Source: Acaryochloris marina MBIC11017
Lineage (GTDB): Bacteria > Cyanobacteriota > Cyanobacteriia > Thermosynechococcales > Thermosynechococcaceae
Reading direction: 5' to 3'
DNA: 32,000 nucleotides
NCBI RefSeq assembly: GCF_000018105.1
Contig: NC_009925.1
Location: 1,050,001 to 1,082,000, forward strand
The notes beneath the pieces are model-generated. The model was not told where the DNA came from, made no database searches, and worked only from the letters and a program-made list of their open reading frames with translations. Shown here one piece after another: positions 10,257-18,937 of this stretch. Within the stretch, counting starts at the first letter, position 1; each line of letters starts with the position of its first letter. A program made the position numbers and the translations under genes.

Positions 10257-11411
10257 CTAAATTCGGGCAGGTTCCCAATCCGCGAGGGCTTTTGTGGAGA
10301 TGGATAACTGCTTTGGATCAACTAGGCGTTGCTGCAGGTGCTGCTTTAGGGTAGCCTGCTGTTCGATGGTGCCTGCGAGTAAAACACTGATTTTACCGAC
10401 CAGAACCGTTCCCCAGTTGATTAAAATAATTCCGGTCCCAGTCTGAGGCTCGAACTCTAACCCCTTCAGATCAATATCTGCCAAAGAATGATGGTGAGTT
10501 TCAAACGTTTCGCAGCTCCATTGGGGAATGCCTAATTTTTCAGCAATCAAGGTTGGATAGGAAGACCCGTTAAATCGCGGGTTGCATTCGATGGCTAAAT
10601 ATTCCATTGCTGAGCCATTTTGTATTACTGCTGCATCAAAGGCGAACACCCCTTTCATACCTTGCTGAGCTAGCCATTCAGCCATCGGATCGAACAATGA
10701 CCAAGGTTGATGCATGGTGGGATAGCGGTTACCACCATGCACACAGCCATTCAAAATTTGTTCGGAGGCTAATAGGTGTCTTACCCCATTTTCTGTGATT
10801 TGATACTGAAGATTGATAAAGGTTGAGGTGGCAACTTCTACTTGCACTTGAAAGGGAATCTGATTCCCCAATTCCAGCAGGGTGGCGGATAGCTGTCTAG
10901 AGCTGGTACAACGGACAATACCAAAGCCACTGTCAGAGACAGACGGTTTGAAATAGCAAGGATAAGCGAACCTATCTAGAGATGGAATCGCCTCAGCACT
11001 ATGAAAACAGGCCGTAGAGGGAACCGCCATATTTAGGGTCTGAGCCAGGTGCATAAAATTATTTTTGGAGTTGATAAATTCAACTACCTGAAACCAGGAT
11101 GCATCCATGGCCCGAAAGAGCTTTGCATGGGCACTACTTTTATGGACAGCATCACCAAATAAATAGACAGAAGGCTCATAGCCTTTACATTGCAAATGAT
11201 CTAGAGATAGATCCCAAACCACGTTCTGAGAATGACTTAAGCCAACCTGCAAATAATGAGCACAGATAGCCCCCCATTCTGATTTCAGTGCTGGATGGAT
11301 TTGGACAATATCGTCTTGTCCAGAAAGTCCAAGCACTCTACCTGAGTAAAGGTGAGTACCTCCAACAGCTTCATGGGTACTGGTCTGAATGTCGTGATTA
11401 AATATTTTCAT
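10257..11411 (-). CDS. ATP-grasp-like ligase, paralogue A (substrate unknown)
   Basis: ORF 10257..11435. The ATG at 11411 gives MKIFNHDI, colinear with MRIFNHDI of the paralogue at 12172. ATP-grasp-like elements: YPCYFKPSVSDSGFGIVRC (K-P...G-x-G phosphate loop) and YLAIECNPRFNGSSYPT (E-x-N-P-R Mg site). Confidence 0.65.
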   Translation of the reverse strand: MKIFNHDIQTSTHEAVGGTHLYSGRVLGLSGQDDIVQIHPALKSEWGAICAHYLQVGLSHSQNVVWDLSLDHLQCKGYEPSVYLFGDAVHKSSAHAKLFRAMDASWFQVVEFINSKNNFMHLAQTLNMAVPSTACFHSAEAIPSLDRFAYPCYFKPSVSDSGFGIVRCTSSRQLSATLLELGNQIPFQVQVEVATSTFINLQYQITENGVRHLLASEQILNGCVHGGNRYPTMHQPWSLFDPMAEWLAQQGMKGVFAFDAAVIQNGSAMEYLAIECNPRFNGSSYPTLIAEKLGIPQWSCETFETHHHSLADIDLKGLEFEPQTGTGIILINWGTVLVGKISVLLAGTIEQQATLKQHLQQRLVDPKQLSISTKALADWEPARI

Positions 11412-11489
11412 TCCATTCTCTAGAAAGGCTAGCAAGTCTTAGAAAGACACTTCAAACCGCATCTTTCTGTAAACGATGTTAGGTAATGG

Positions 11490-11511
11490 GAGGATAAAAT
11501 TTTTTATCCTC
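11490..11511. promoter_or_regulatory. 22-bp inverted repeat GAGGATAAAA-TT-TTTTATCCTC, a candidate operator or hairpin about 80 nt upstream of ATP-grasp A
   Basis: 10-bp perfect arms read directly from the sequence. It lies in the divergent promoter region. The function is inferred only. Confidence 0.25.
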
Positions 11512-12171
11512 ACCCTAGAGAAGGGTAATCTAATTTGCTAACTCATCAACAACTTTTCCTTGGAATTTATACTTTTATTAACCTTGATATTTTACCTGCA
11601 AAGCCATTGATCCATTAAAAGCGATGCACCAAACTTCTAATCATGCAGAAACAGCATATTCAAATCAAAAATGTGTTCTCTCAACTCATCAATAACCAGG
11701 GGGGCAAACGTCTCTATCTAACGACCAGAGAAGCTGTAATCTCCCTCTAAGTTCCCTTCTAGAAGTAAATTACAGCTATTTATTAATCCAAATAAAGATA
11801 TCGTTAGAACTTTTGAAATATTTAAAATAACTGTCTTCTTCAGAGATCATTAACTTTGTATAAATGAAATAAATAATGTCTGTGCTATTGTTTAATCAAT
11901 GCAGAAAGAATCTTTTTATATTGCATATGATCGCTTCATGAATATCAATATCAGTCTTAATGCATTTTTTGCATATTTTTTGCTTTTTTGAATATTTAAA
12001 TCAGTTAACCGCTTTTAGTTTGTTATTTCTTAATGGGCTGATTGAATGCTGATGCCATCCATGTTTTATTTTCCCTTTAGCTATGGGATGAATTTAAGAA
12101 ATTTTGGATTGTCGTATTGATGGTGCGATCTCACCCCAATCCCCACTGAACCTAACGGAGAAACACACGGT

Positions 12172-13266
12172 ATGAGAATTTTCAATCATGACATTATGAA
12201 CTGCACCCATGAGCAGGTACAGGGTAACTATCTGTATTCCGGGCGGGTGCTGGGGTTGACGGAACCCGATGATGTCATTCAACTGCACCCAGAACTGAAA
12301 TCAGAATGGCGGGCAATCACGGAGCACTATCATCGCATTGGCCTCCATCACACGCATCAGGTGGTTTGGGACGTTTCCCTCAGTCGAATTGCCGAGAATC
12401 CTGAACTAGAGCGATCTGTTTTTTACTTTGGTGATGCGGTTAATCATGAGAGTTCCTACGCCGAACAATGTCGGCAGTTAGACCAAAATTGGTATGGCGT
12501 GGTGGATTATGTGAATTCCAAGAACAACTTTATGGACTTGGCCCATACCTTGGGGGTTACCGTGCCCCAAACCTTGTGTTTTGATGATAAGTCAGCCATC
12601 GACCTGGACGCAGATATTCCTTATCCCTGTTATCTCAAACCCTCTATATCGGTGGATGGTGTGGGTATTGTGCGGTGTGAAGATGAGCCGCATCTCCTAT
12701 CGGCTTTACAAGGGCTGCCAGACTATATGCCGTTCCAAATTCAAGAAGAGGTCCAAGCCATCAGTTTTTTGAATTTGCAATACCAAGTGACAGCTGAAGG
12801 GGTAGAGCCCTTGGCTGCTTCCGAACAAATTCTAGATGGTTGTGCCCATAGCGGTAATCGCTATCCCACTCATCATCAGCCCTGGGATGTGGTTGAACCC
12901 ATGGCCCAATGGATGGCACAACAAGGCATGAAGGATATTTTTGCCTTTGATGTTGCCGTAGCTGAGCATGAAGAAGGGCCTCGCTATTTAGCCATTGAAT
13001 GTAATCCTCGGTTTAATGGGGCTTCTTATCCCACGGGAATTGCTCGGAAACTCAATATTACGAGCTGGACCAGTGAAACCTTCATCACCTCAGCCCGCTC
13101 TTTACAACAGGTCGATTTAACGGATATTGAGTACAACTCCCATACTCAGCAGGGGATTGTAATTGTGAATTGGGGCAGTATCTTGATTGGTAAACTGGTC
13201 ATCCTACTTGCCGGATCGCCAGAGCAGCAAAACCGTTTGAGAGAACAGCTAAAGCAGCGACTTTGA
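12172..13266 (+). CDS. ATP-grasp-like ligase, paralogue B (substrate unknown)
   Basis: 364-aa ORF with a GGAG about 13 nt upstream of the ATG. Colinear with paralogue A over the whole length. Shared blocks: LYSGRVLGL, LKSEW, NSKNNFM, YPCY.KPS.S, NLQYQ.T, ASEQIL.GC.H.GNRYPT.HQPW, AQQGMK, YLAIECNPRFNG.SYPT, INWG..L.GK, LLAG..EQQ. Confidence 0.65.
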   Translation: MRIFNHDIMNCTHEQVQGNYLYSGRVLGLTEPDDVIQLHPELKSEWRAITEHYHRIGLHHTHQVVWDVSLSRIAENPELERSVFYFGDAVNHESSYAEQCRQLDQNWYGVVDYVNSKNNFMDLAHTLGVTVPQTLCFDDKSAIDLDADIPYPCYLKPSISVDGVGIVRCEDEPHLLSALQGLPDYMPFQIQEEVQAISFLNLQYQVTAEGVEPLAASEQILDGCAHSGNRYPTHHQPWDVVEPMAQWMAQQGMKDIFAFDVAVAEHEEGPRYLAIECNPRFNGASYPTGIARKLNITSWTSETFITSARSLQQVDLTDIEYNSHTQQGIVIVNWGSILIGKLVILLAGSPEQQNRLREQLKQRL

Positions 13267-13427
13267 GGGGGCGAGATAAATATAGTCTAGACCAGCCATT
13301 TGTTGCGAGAATAGGATTCAAGCTTGGCAACAGATTCTGTCTATGGATCCCAAGTGAGGATTATCCTTGTGGCGATCTTGTATATGGAATCAAGTGATAC
13401 CCTTTTAGTCTCCCGTTCTCCCCCATC

Positions 13428-14363
13428 ATGTCTTCTACCTACTCCTTAATGATTCATGGGGGCGCTGGTGCCCTACAACATATTCAAGCCGAGGGCAGTG
13501 AAGAGGACTTTGCCCAAAGTATCAATGGCATTTTGGAGCAGGGACGCCAAAAGCTGCAGCAGGGGGAGCTTGCTCTAAATGTGGTAGAGCATTGTGTCAG
13601 CTTGTTAGAAGATGATCCGCTGTACAACGCTGGACGCGGATCCGTCCTCAATGAGTATGGCGAAGTAGAGATGGATGCGGCCATTATGAATGGTCAAGAT
13701 TTGGCTGCAGGTGCAATCACAGGCATCAAAAATATCAAGAACCCAATTTCTCTTGCCCGCCTAGTACTCAAAAAAAGCGAGCATGTAATGCTGGTGGGCC
13801 ATGGTGCCATGGAGTTCGCTGAATTATGGGGCGTGGAATGCTTACCTGATGAGTATTTTGTGATTGAAGCGCGCGTGAAACAGTTTCAAGAAGCCAAAAA
13901 GGCGGGCAAGATGGTGCTGGATCATGAAGATATTGAGCAGGAACCCCAACGCAAGTTTGGAACCGTAGGCGCGACAGCCTTTGACTTGGAAGGCAATTTA
14001 GCGGCAGCCACCTCAACGGGGGGCATTGTTAATAAGCGATGGGGGCGTGTGGGCGACTCGCCGATTATTGGTGCTGGCGTATTTGCGGACAATGAGACCT
14101 GTGCAGTTTCGGCAACGGGATATGGAGAGCAGTTTATGCGGACTGTGCTTGCCAAAACGATTTCAGACCATATTCTCTTCCAATCTCTGACTGCTGCTCA
14201 GGCTGCTGAGGCTGGCATGGCGTATTTAGTATCCAAGGTCAAAGGTTTGGGGGGCGTGATCGTTATTGATGCCGAAGGCAGATGTGGTGCTGGCCACTCC
14301 ACCTCCGGCATGATTTATGGTTGGATTGAGCATGGGGGTGATTCCCATTTTCAATTGACCTAG
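13428..14363 (+). CDS. iaaA: Isoaspartyl peptidase / plant-type L-asparaginase (Ntn hydrolase)
   Basis: 311-aa ORF with MIHGGAGA near the N-terminus, the autoproteolytic/nucleophile site KFGTVGATAFD, and the downstream ATSTGG and GDSPIIGAG motifs typical of the asparaginase_2 family. Confidence 0.85.
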   Translation: MSSTYSLMIHGGAGALQHIQAEGSEEDFAQSINGILEQGRQKLQQGELALNVVEHCVSLLEDDPLYNAGRGSVLNEYGEVEMDAAIMNGQDLAAGAITGIKNIKNPISLARLVLKKSEHVMLVGHGAMEFAELWGVECLPDEYFVIEARVKQFQEAKKAGKMVLDHEDIEQEPQRKFGTVGATAFDLEGNLAAATSTGGIVNKRWGRVGDSPIIGAGVFADNETCAVSATGYGEQFMRTVLAKTISDHILFQSLTAAQAAEAGMAYLVSKVKGLGGVIVIDAEGRCGAGHSTSGMIYGWIEHGGDSHFQLT

Positions 14364-17341
14364 CAGCCTGTTCCATGCGGTCTGCTGGAAGTCGTTTGGG
14401 CCGTTAAATAAATACGGCCTTGCGCATCCTGAGTCCATCCTTTTGCTTCAACAATCTGGATGGGGGGTTTAACTATGGCAGAATTGTTTGGATGATCGTG
14501 CACAGCACTCAGATGCGCTGAATGGTTCGGTCTGAGATCTTGCCATACCGTATGGGGGGTTAAGTATCGACCTGGCCCCGAAGGAAGTCCTCCGCGACCA
14601 ATATGGGTAAAAGAACTACCACCCAATGTTTGTCCAGGTCGGCAGCCTTGGACAATGTTTTCTAGTGGTGGAACGACAGCAGGTAGCTCCACTAGGCTCT
14701 GGCTAGGATCTACTTCAGGGCTATTGATTTCGATAACACCATTAATTCCTTGTTGAGAGCTGGCTGTAATATCGCTGAAAGGGGTGACTGTGTCGCGAGA
14801 CGCAAAACCGAAAATACCTTGAGTGCTGATGGTAATGTTCCCACCATCTCCATCAAAGGCGTTGGCAATAATATCGCTGTTTTCGAAGGGAGAAGCAATC
14901 AGGAATTGAGTGTTGATATTAATATTGCCACCATTCCCGAGTCCTTCGGATTCTGTGGAAATGAGGCTATTGTTCCGTAATTGCAAGATGTCCTTGACCG
15001 TGAGATTTAAGTTGCCACCTTCACCTGAAGCAGTTTCTGCAATAATTGCTCCTTGATTATTTAATAAAACAGAATCGGCTGTGATGCTTAACCCACCAGC
15101 ATTACCGCTACCAATATGCTGCACACCAATACGCCCCCCATCCGCGAGGGTTATGTGTTGCGATTGAATGGTGACTTCTCCTGTATTGCCTGTGGGTTGA
15201 GAGGGGAGAAAGAACGCATTACGAGTAGCCTCATTGAGAACCAAAGTGTTTGATGCGATTTGAGCTGGGAGGTTATTGGTGGCTCGACCCTTTACTAACA
15301 CCGATTTTGTGGCATTGATAAATAATCTACCCGCGTTACCACTGGCTAATGTGCCAGTGTTGATCTGTCCCCCCTCTAAGACTTTCAAATGCTGCGTGTT
15401 GATGGTGGTATTGCCAGCATTACCTGGACCTAATGTGAACGTACCTAAGATACTGGGTGAAGGATTAAATGGACTGTTGTTGATACCAATGACGTTGACT
15501 TTAGCGGCATCAATTGTGAGATTGCCGCCATTCCCCTCTCCAATATTCGGTGGCAGTGGGCCGGAATTAATGGAAGAGGAAAATACGGCAGATGAAAGGC
15601 TGCCTCCATCTTCAACCGTGAGATTTTGAGTCAAGATGGAAACATCACCACCCTTTCCTGTCCCGTTGGTGATGCTTCCTAAAAAGCTGATAAAGTCTGG
15701 AGCCAACTGAGAGGCACCAGTAACAGTGATTGCCTGATCCGCTTTAACGGTTACATTGCCGACATTGCCTGCACCTGGGGTAAACCCTTGATTGCCGAAA
15801 GAAATTTTGATGCCTCTCGTACTAATTTGTGCACCATTGACGAGATGTAATCGCTGAGTTGAAACGTTGACATTGCCCGCATCACCGAAGCCAAATGTGA
15901 TCGTCGAGATGTTGCTCACAGAATCGATCGCAAAAGGATTGACCTCTTTGGCAAAGATGAACTGAGAGGCATTGACTGCAATATCGCCACCGTTACCCAA
16001 GGTAAAAGGGCCCACAACAGTTGTAATTCTGCCACCATCCAGAAGGGTTAATGAGCCTGTATTAACATCGATTCGGCCTCCTTCTCCTGGGCCGAAATTT
16101 TCGCTGGAAATACGAGTATTGAGATTATTGCCAAACTCTCGTCTGGTATTGACGGTGGGGGATGCTGCTCCACTTAAAAAGAGGGTGTCGGCATTGATCA
16201 ACACATTTCCAGATCTGCCATTGCCGATACTTAGGGTCTGAATACGCCCTCCATCGCGTATGGATAGGTTAGGGGCATCTACACGGATACGTCCGCCTTT
16301 GCCTTGTGCCCCTCTTTCAACCACAGTTGCAATCCAGGAACTAAAGGGAAAGAAGCTATCTACTTCACCGCCAATCTCTAGGGATTGACTGGCTTGGACA
16401 TTGATATCTGCGCCAGGTTGATCGGCCAACGTTTGGGCTCGAACTTCAGACTGGTTGAGACGGATGTGACGGCCCTGAATTTGAATCCCTCCAAAAGGAT
16501 TGCTAACCACATTGGGATTTAATAGGGCCGATTCTGACAGCAACTGAATATCGCTAAAGGCCTGAACCTGGTTGTACTTTAGATTCCATCCAATTGCAGA
16601 GGGAGAAAGGGTGACAGAGCCTCTACTGACGCTACCCACTTCAATCCGTCCAGATTCTACGATGGCTGTGCCGCCGTTAAATTGAACATTACGGCCTACT
16701 AGAGCTAGGGTTTGACTGGGTGGGAGGGCTAATGTGCCCCGCACCATAATCCGTCCAGATTGGGTTCCATTGAACAGAAGCCCCGTTGGTCTAGAAATGG
16801 TTAAGAGGGGTGGCGGTTGTGGATTAGCCGTACTCAGTACACTGCCGTCTTGAAACTGAACGCCAACTGCAGTGCTAGCAAGAAATGAGCCACCAATATC
16901 CAGGCTGGAATTGGGACCAAAGATGATGCCATTGGAATTGAGAAACAGTAAGTTAGCGTTGCTATTTACTTTGATAACGCCATCAATATTGGATATGGAG
17001 TTTCCGGTAACTCGACCAATGATGTTGTCGATGGCAGGAACAGAATTGAACGTCGCTTGATTGGTATTGGTTAGAGAAAATTCCTCAAAACTATGAAAGA
17101 GATTGTTCCCTGCAGTTGTTCCACCTTCAATAAAAATATTGTTGCCATTGGCCGTGACCTGGGAATTAATTGGTAGGGTTTGGTCGGGAATGATCTGGGC
17201 CTGGAGAGGGTGAGGGGCCAACAAGCGCAGGGGAAGCATTCCACCTATGAGATATCGGATCTTAACGATAGGTAGGGCTGTCCAGGATTGATGCTTTCTC
17301 AAATAAACAAAATTGGGCCTCAAGCCAGGTTCACGGTTCAA
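14360..17341 (-). CDS. Two-partner-secretion (TpsA / filamentous-haemagglutinin N-terminal domain) beta-helix exoprotein
   Basis: 993-aa ORF. The TPS domain signature QIIPDQTLPINSQV...IEGGTTAGNNLFHSFEEFS is near the N-terminus. A long Gly/Asn/Ile-rich repetitive body (GNGGNI, GGRI..) suggests a beta-helix. The C-terminal GRGGLP...W.DLR...EAKGW..DAQGRIYLTA tail is of the kind I recall in cyanobacterial members. The first start is TTG 17341; the ATG at 17239 (MLPLRLLAPHPLQAQ) is the alternative. Confidence 0.8.
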   Translation of the reverse strand: MNREPGLRPNFVYLRKHQSWTALPIVKIRYLIGGMLPLRLLAPHPLQAQIIPDQTLPINSQVTANGNNIFIEGGTTAGNNLFHSFEEFSLTNTNQATFNSVPAIDNIIGRVTGNSISNIDGVIKVNSNANLLFLNSNGIIFGPNSSLDIGGSFLASTAVGVQFQDGSVLSTANPQPPPLLTISRPTGLLFNGTQSGRIMVRGTLALPPSQTLALVGRNVQFNGGTAIVESGRIEVGSVSRGSVTLSPSAIGWNLKYNQVQAFSDIQLLSESALLNPNVVSNPFGGIQIQGRHIRLNQSEVRAQTLADQPGADINVQASQSLEIGGEVDSFFPFSSWIATVVERGAQGKGGRIRVDAPNLSIRDGGRIQTLSIGNGRSGNVLINADTLFLSGAASPTVNTRREFGNNLNTRISSENFGPGEGGRIDVNTGSLTLLDGGRITTVVGPFTLGNGGDIAVNASQFIFAKEVNPFAIDSVSNISTITFGFGDAGNVNVSTQRLHLVNGAQISTRGIKISFGNQGFTPGAGNVGNVTVKADQAITVTGASQLAPDFISFLGSITNGTGKGGDVSILTQNLTVEDGGSLSSAVFSSSINSGPLPPNIGEGNGGNLTIDAAKVNVIGINNSPFNPSPSILGTFTLGPGNAGNTTINTQHLKVLEGGQINTGTLASGNAGRLFINATKSVLVKGRATNNLPAQIASNTLVLNEATRNAFFLPSQPTGNTGEVTIQSQHITLADGGRIGVQHIGSGNAGGLSITADSVLLNNQGAIIAETASGEGGNLNLTVKDILQLRNNSLISTESEGLGNGGNININTQFLIASPFENSDIIANAFDGDGGNITISTQGIFGFASRDTVTPFSDITASSQQGINGVIEINSPEVDPSQSLVELPAVVPPLENIVQGCRPGQTLGGSSFTHIGRGGLPSGPGRYLTPHTVWQDLRPNHSAHLSAVHDHPNNSAIVKPPIQIVEAKGWTQDAQGRIYLTAQTTSSRPHGTGC

Positions 17342-17732
17342 AGGGATTACTAGGCTGCAACAATTACTTTTCAGCCCAGGATTATGACTTTATTCAAGCC
17401 GTAATAAAAGTTAAGAAAATCGATATTTATTGAAGCTTTTTTATTTTTAAAATAGTCTTTGCATTAGCTATGAATAGAAATACCAATTGATTTATATATA
17501 AAATTAGGAATACAGGTTCTTAATAGCCATCTCTGCATTTATTTCAGTAAATTAATTTAAATGAGTGAATCGTGAAATAGTATTTTGTGAATAGCTAAAA
17601 TATCTATTGATAATTAACGAAAAAATAAAATTTAATTTATGAACATACAAAAAACAAATAAGTAATTTCATGCTAAAAATTCATGAATTTCATCTAATTT
17701 AAGATAAAATGACTCTAGTGAATTAATTAACG

Positions 17733-17778
17733 CCAGCACGCTAGCTTCAGCCTGAGAATGCGGAAGCTAGCGTGCTGG
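17733..17778 (-). terminator. Strong hairpin 24 nt downstream of the methyltransferase stop (putative terminator)
   Basis: Perfect 16-bp inverted repeat CCAGCACGCTAGCTTC (17733-17748) / GAAGCTAGCGTGCTGG (17763-17778) with a 14-nt loop. On the minus strand it is followed by the AT-rich CGTTAATTAATT rather than a clean U-tract. Confidence 0.5.
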
Positions 17779-17801
17779 ATTAGATATAAGCAGAGAATTA
17801 A

Positions 17802-18725
17802 TTATTTCACCTGGGCAATCAGGGTGCGGTGACGAGGACTGTTGCAAGTGAGAGAGGGCTGTTGGAAACCGGCCTCAACAAAAGCTTGCTGAATATCAAA
17901 GGTGAAGTAGTCGTCGAGGTAGGGCTCAGTACTCTTGAGGAGGGTCAGCACATAGGGGGGCAGCTTGCGATGGATATCGGAGTTGGGATTCATATCCATA
18001 ATGGCTAAATGCCCTTGGGGCCGCAACAGGCGATGGGCTTCGGCAAAAATATTACAGATGGCTGTGCGGGGTAACTCGTGACAGACCAGGCAAATGGAGA
18101 CTAAATCAAAACTGTTATCCGGTAAGCTAGTCTCTTCTGCAGCGCGGTGAATCCACTGGAGAGAGTCATTGGCGGGGGTATTGTGGTTTGCGATCGCCAA
18201 AAAATACGGTGACAAGTCCAACCCCGTTAACCGAGCTTCTGGATAGGTCTCTTGCAGTGCTAAGGTACTTAAACCAACACTACAGCCCATATCCAAAATA
18301 TCTTTGGGGGCTGTTGCAATTTTCTCCTGCATCACCGCGTGGTAGCTCTGGCGCAAGCGGCTATCCCCCTTGGCACCCGCCTCCGGCCAAATTCGGGCAT
18401 GGGCAGCATAGGAGGCCACTTCTACTTCTGTCGCCGCTTCCCAACTTAAGTTTCCTGACTCGTAAGCATGGAAGGAAACCACGTAATAGTTTGGATAGTC
18501 CAAATCGGGGGTTTGAATGGCTTGTCGCTCTGCTTCCCACACGTCTAATCCCCGATCCATAAGGGATGAGGCTCGTTTTCGCCAGGGCACTCCGATTGAC
18601 TCTGCCCGCTCAATCATCATTTTGCGGGCTTGGAACTTAGCAAAGTTAGCCAGCGGCTTGATGGCTAAGAGACCATTGACGACGCGAGACGCAAGTCGGG
18701 GTGCTTGGGGGGAAGCAGCAGTCAT
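17802..18725 (-). CDS. Class I SAM-dependent methyltransferase (substrate unknown)
   Basis: 307-aa ORF with an ATG start. It carries motif I ILDMGCSVGLST, the acidic post-I residue in LTGLDLSP, and a typical Rossmann-fold MTase layout. Confidence 0.75.
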   Translation of the reverse strand: MTAASPQAPRLASRVVNGLLAIKPLANFAKFQARKMMIERAESIGVPWRKRASSLMDRGLDVWEAERQAIQTPDLDYPNYYVVSFHAYESGNLSWEAATEVEVASYAAHARIWPEAGAKGDSRLRQSYHAVMQEKIATAPKDILDMGCSVGLSTLALQETYPEARLTGLDLSPYFLAIANHNTPANDSLQWIHRAAEETSLPDNSFDLVSICLVCHELPRTAICNIFAEAHRLLRPQGHLAIMDMNPNSDIHRKLPPYVLTLLKSTEPYLDDYFTFDIQQAFVEAGFQQPSLTCNSPRHRTLIAQVK

Positions 18726-18937
18726 TTTTTAAAACGATTTCTATATGGAAATGAACAGGAATAGCCTCATTATGACAAACAACGCCCCCGAAATTGAGTC
18801 AAAACCTGTGTCCTAAAACTGCTTGGGTTGAGCTGATGCTGGCTTGAAACCCACCCTTGATGCCCATTAAAATAGGGCGACGCAGGCCCGTTGACGATGC
18901 TTGCTGATGCAGTACCTAATGGGGGTAAGGAAAAGTA

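Noticed and set aside
10113-10307. 64-aa plus-strand ORF running into the 3' end of ATP-grasp A.
   Set aside because: It is mostly intergenic and then antisense to a well-supported gene, with no motif. A nearby 8-bp-stem inverted repeat (10124-10131 / 10152-10159) might be a weak terminator for ATP-grasp A, but it lacks a U-tract.
11643-12120. The mini-ORFs in the ATP-grasp spacer as graspetide (microviridin-like) precursor peptides.
   Set aside because: Neither peptide has the Thr/Ser/Lys plus Asp/Glu core pattern needed for ATP-grasp macrolactone or lactam formation, and the 24-aa peptide has no acidic residue at all. I kept them only as low-confidence items in the spacer finding.
14710-17060. 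Several 60-117-aa ORFs on both strands inside the TPS gene (e.g. 15276..15629, 15972..16241).
   Set aside because: These are frame shadows of a long repetitive Gly/Asn-rich gene. Their Pro/Leu/Val-rich translations are mirror images of the repeats.
18188-18732. Plus-strand ORFs of 124 aa and 71 aa antisense to the methyltransferase.
   Set aside because: They lie entirely within a gene carrying a clear SAM-MTase motif on the other strand, and their Pro/Arg/Ser-rich composition is typical of antisense artefacts.
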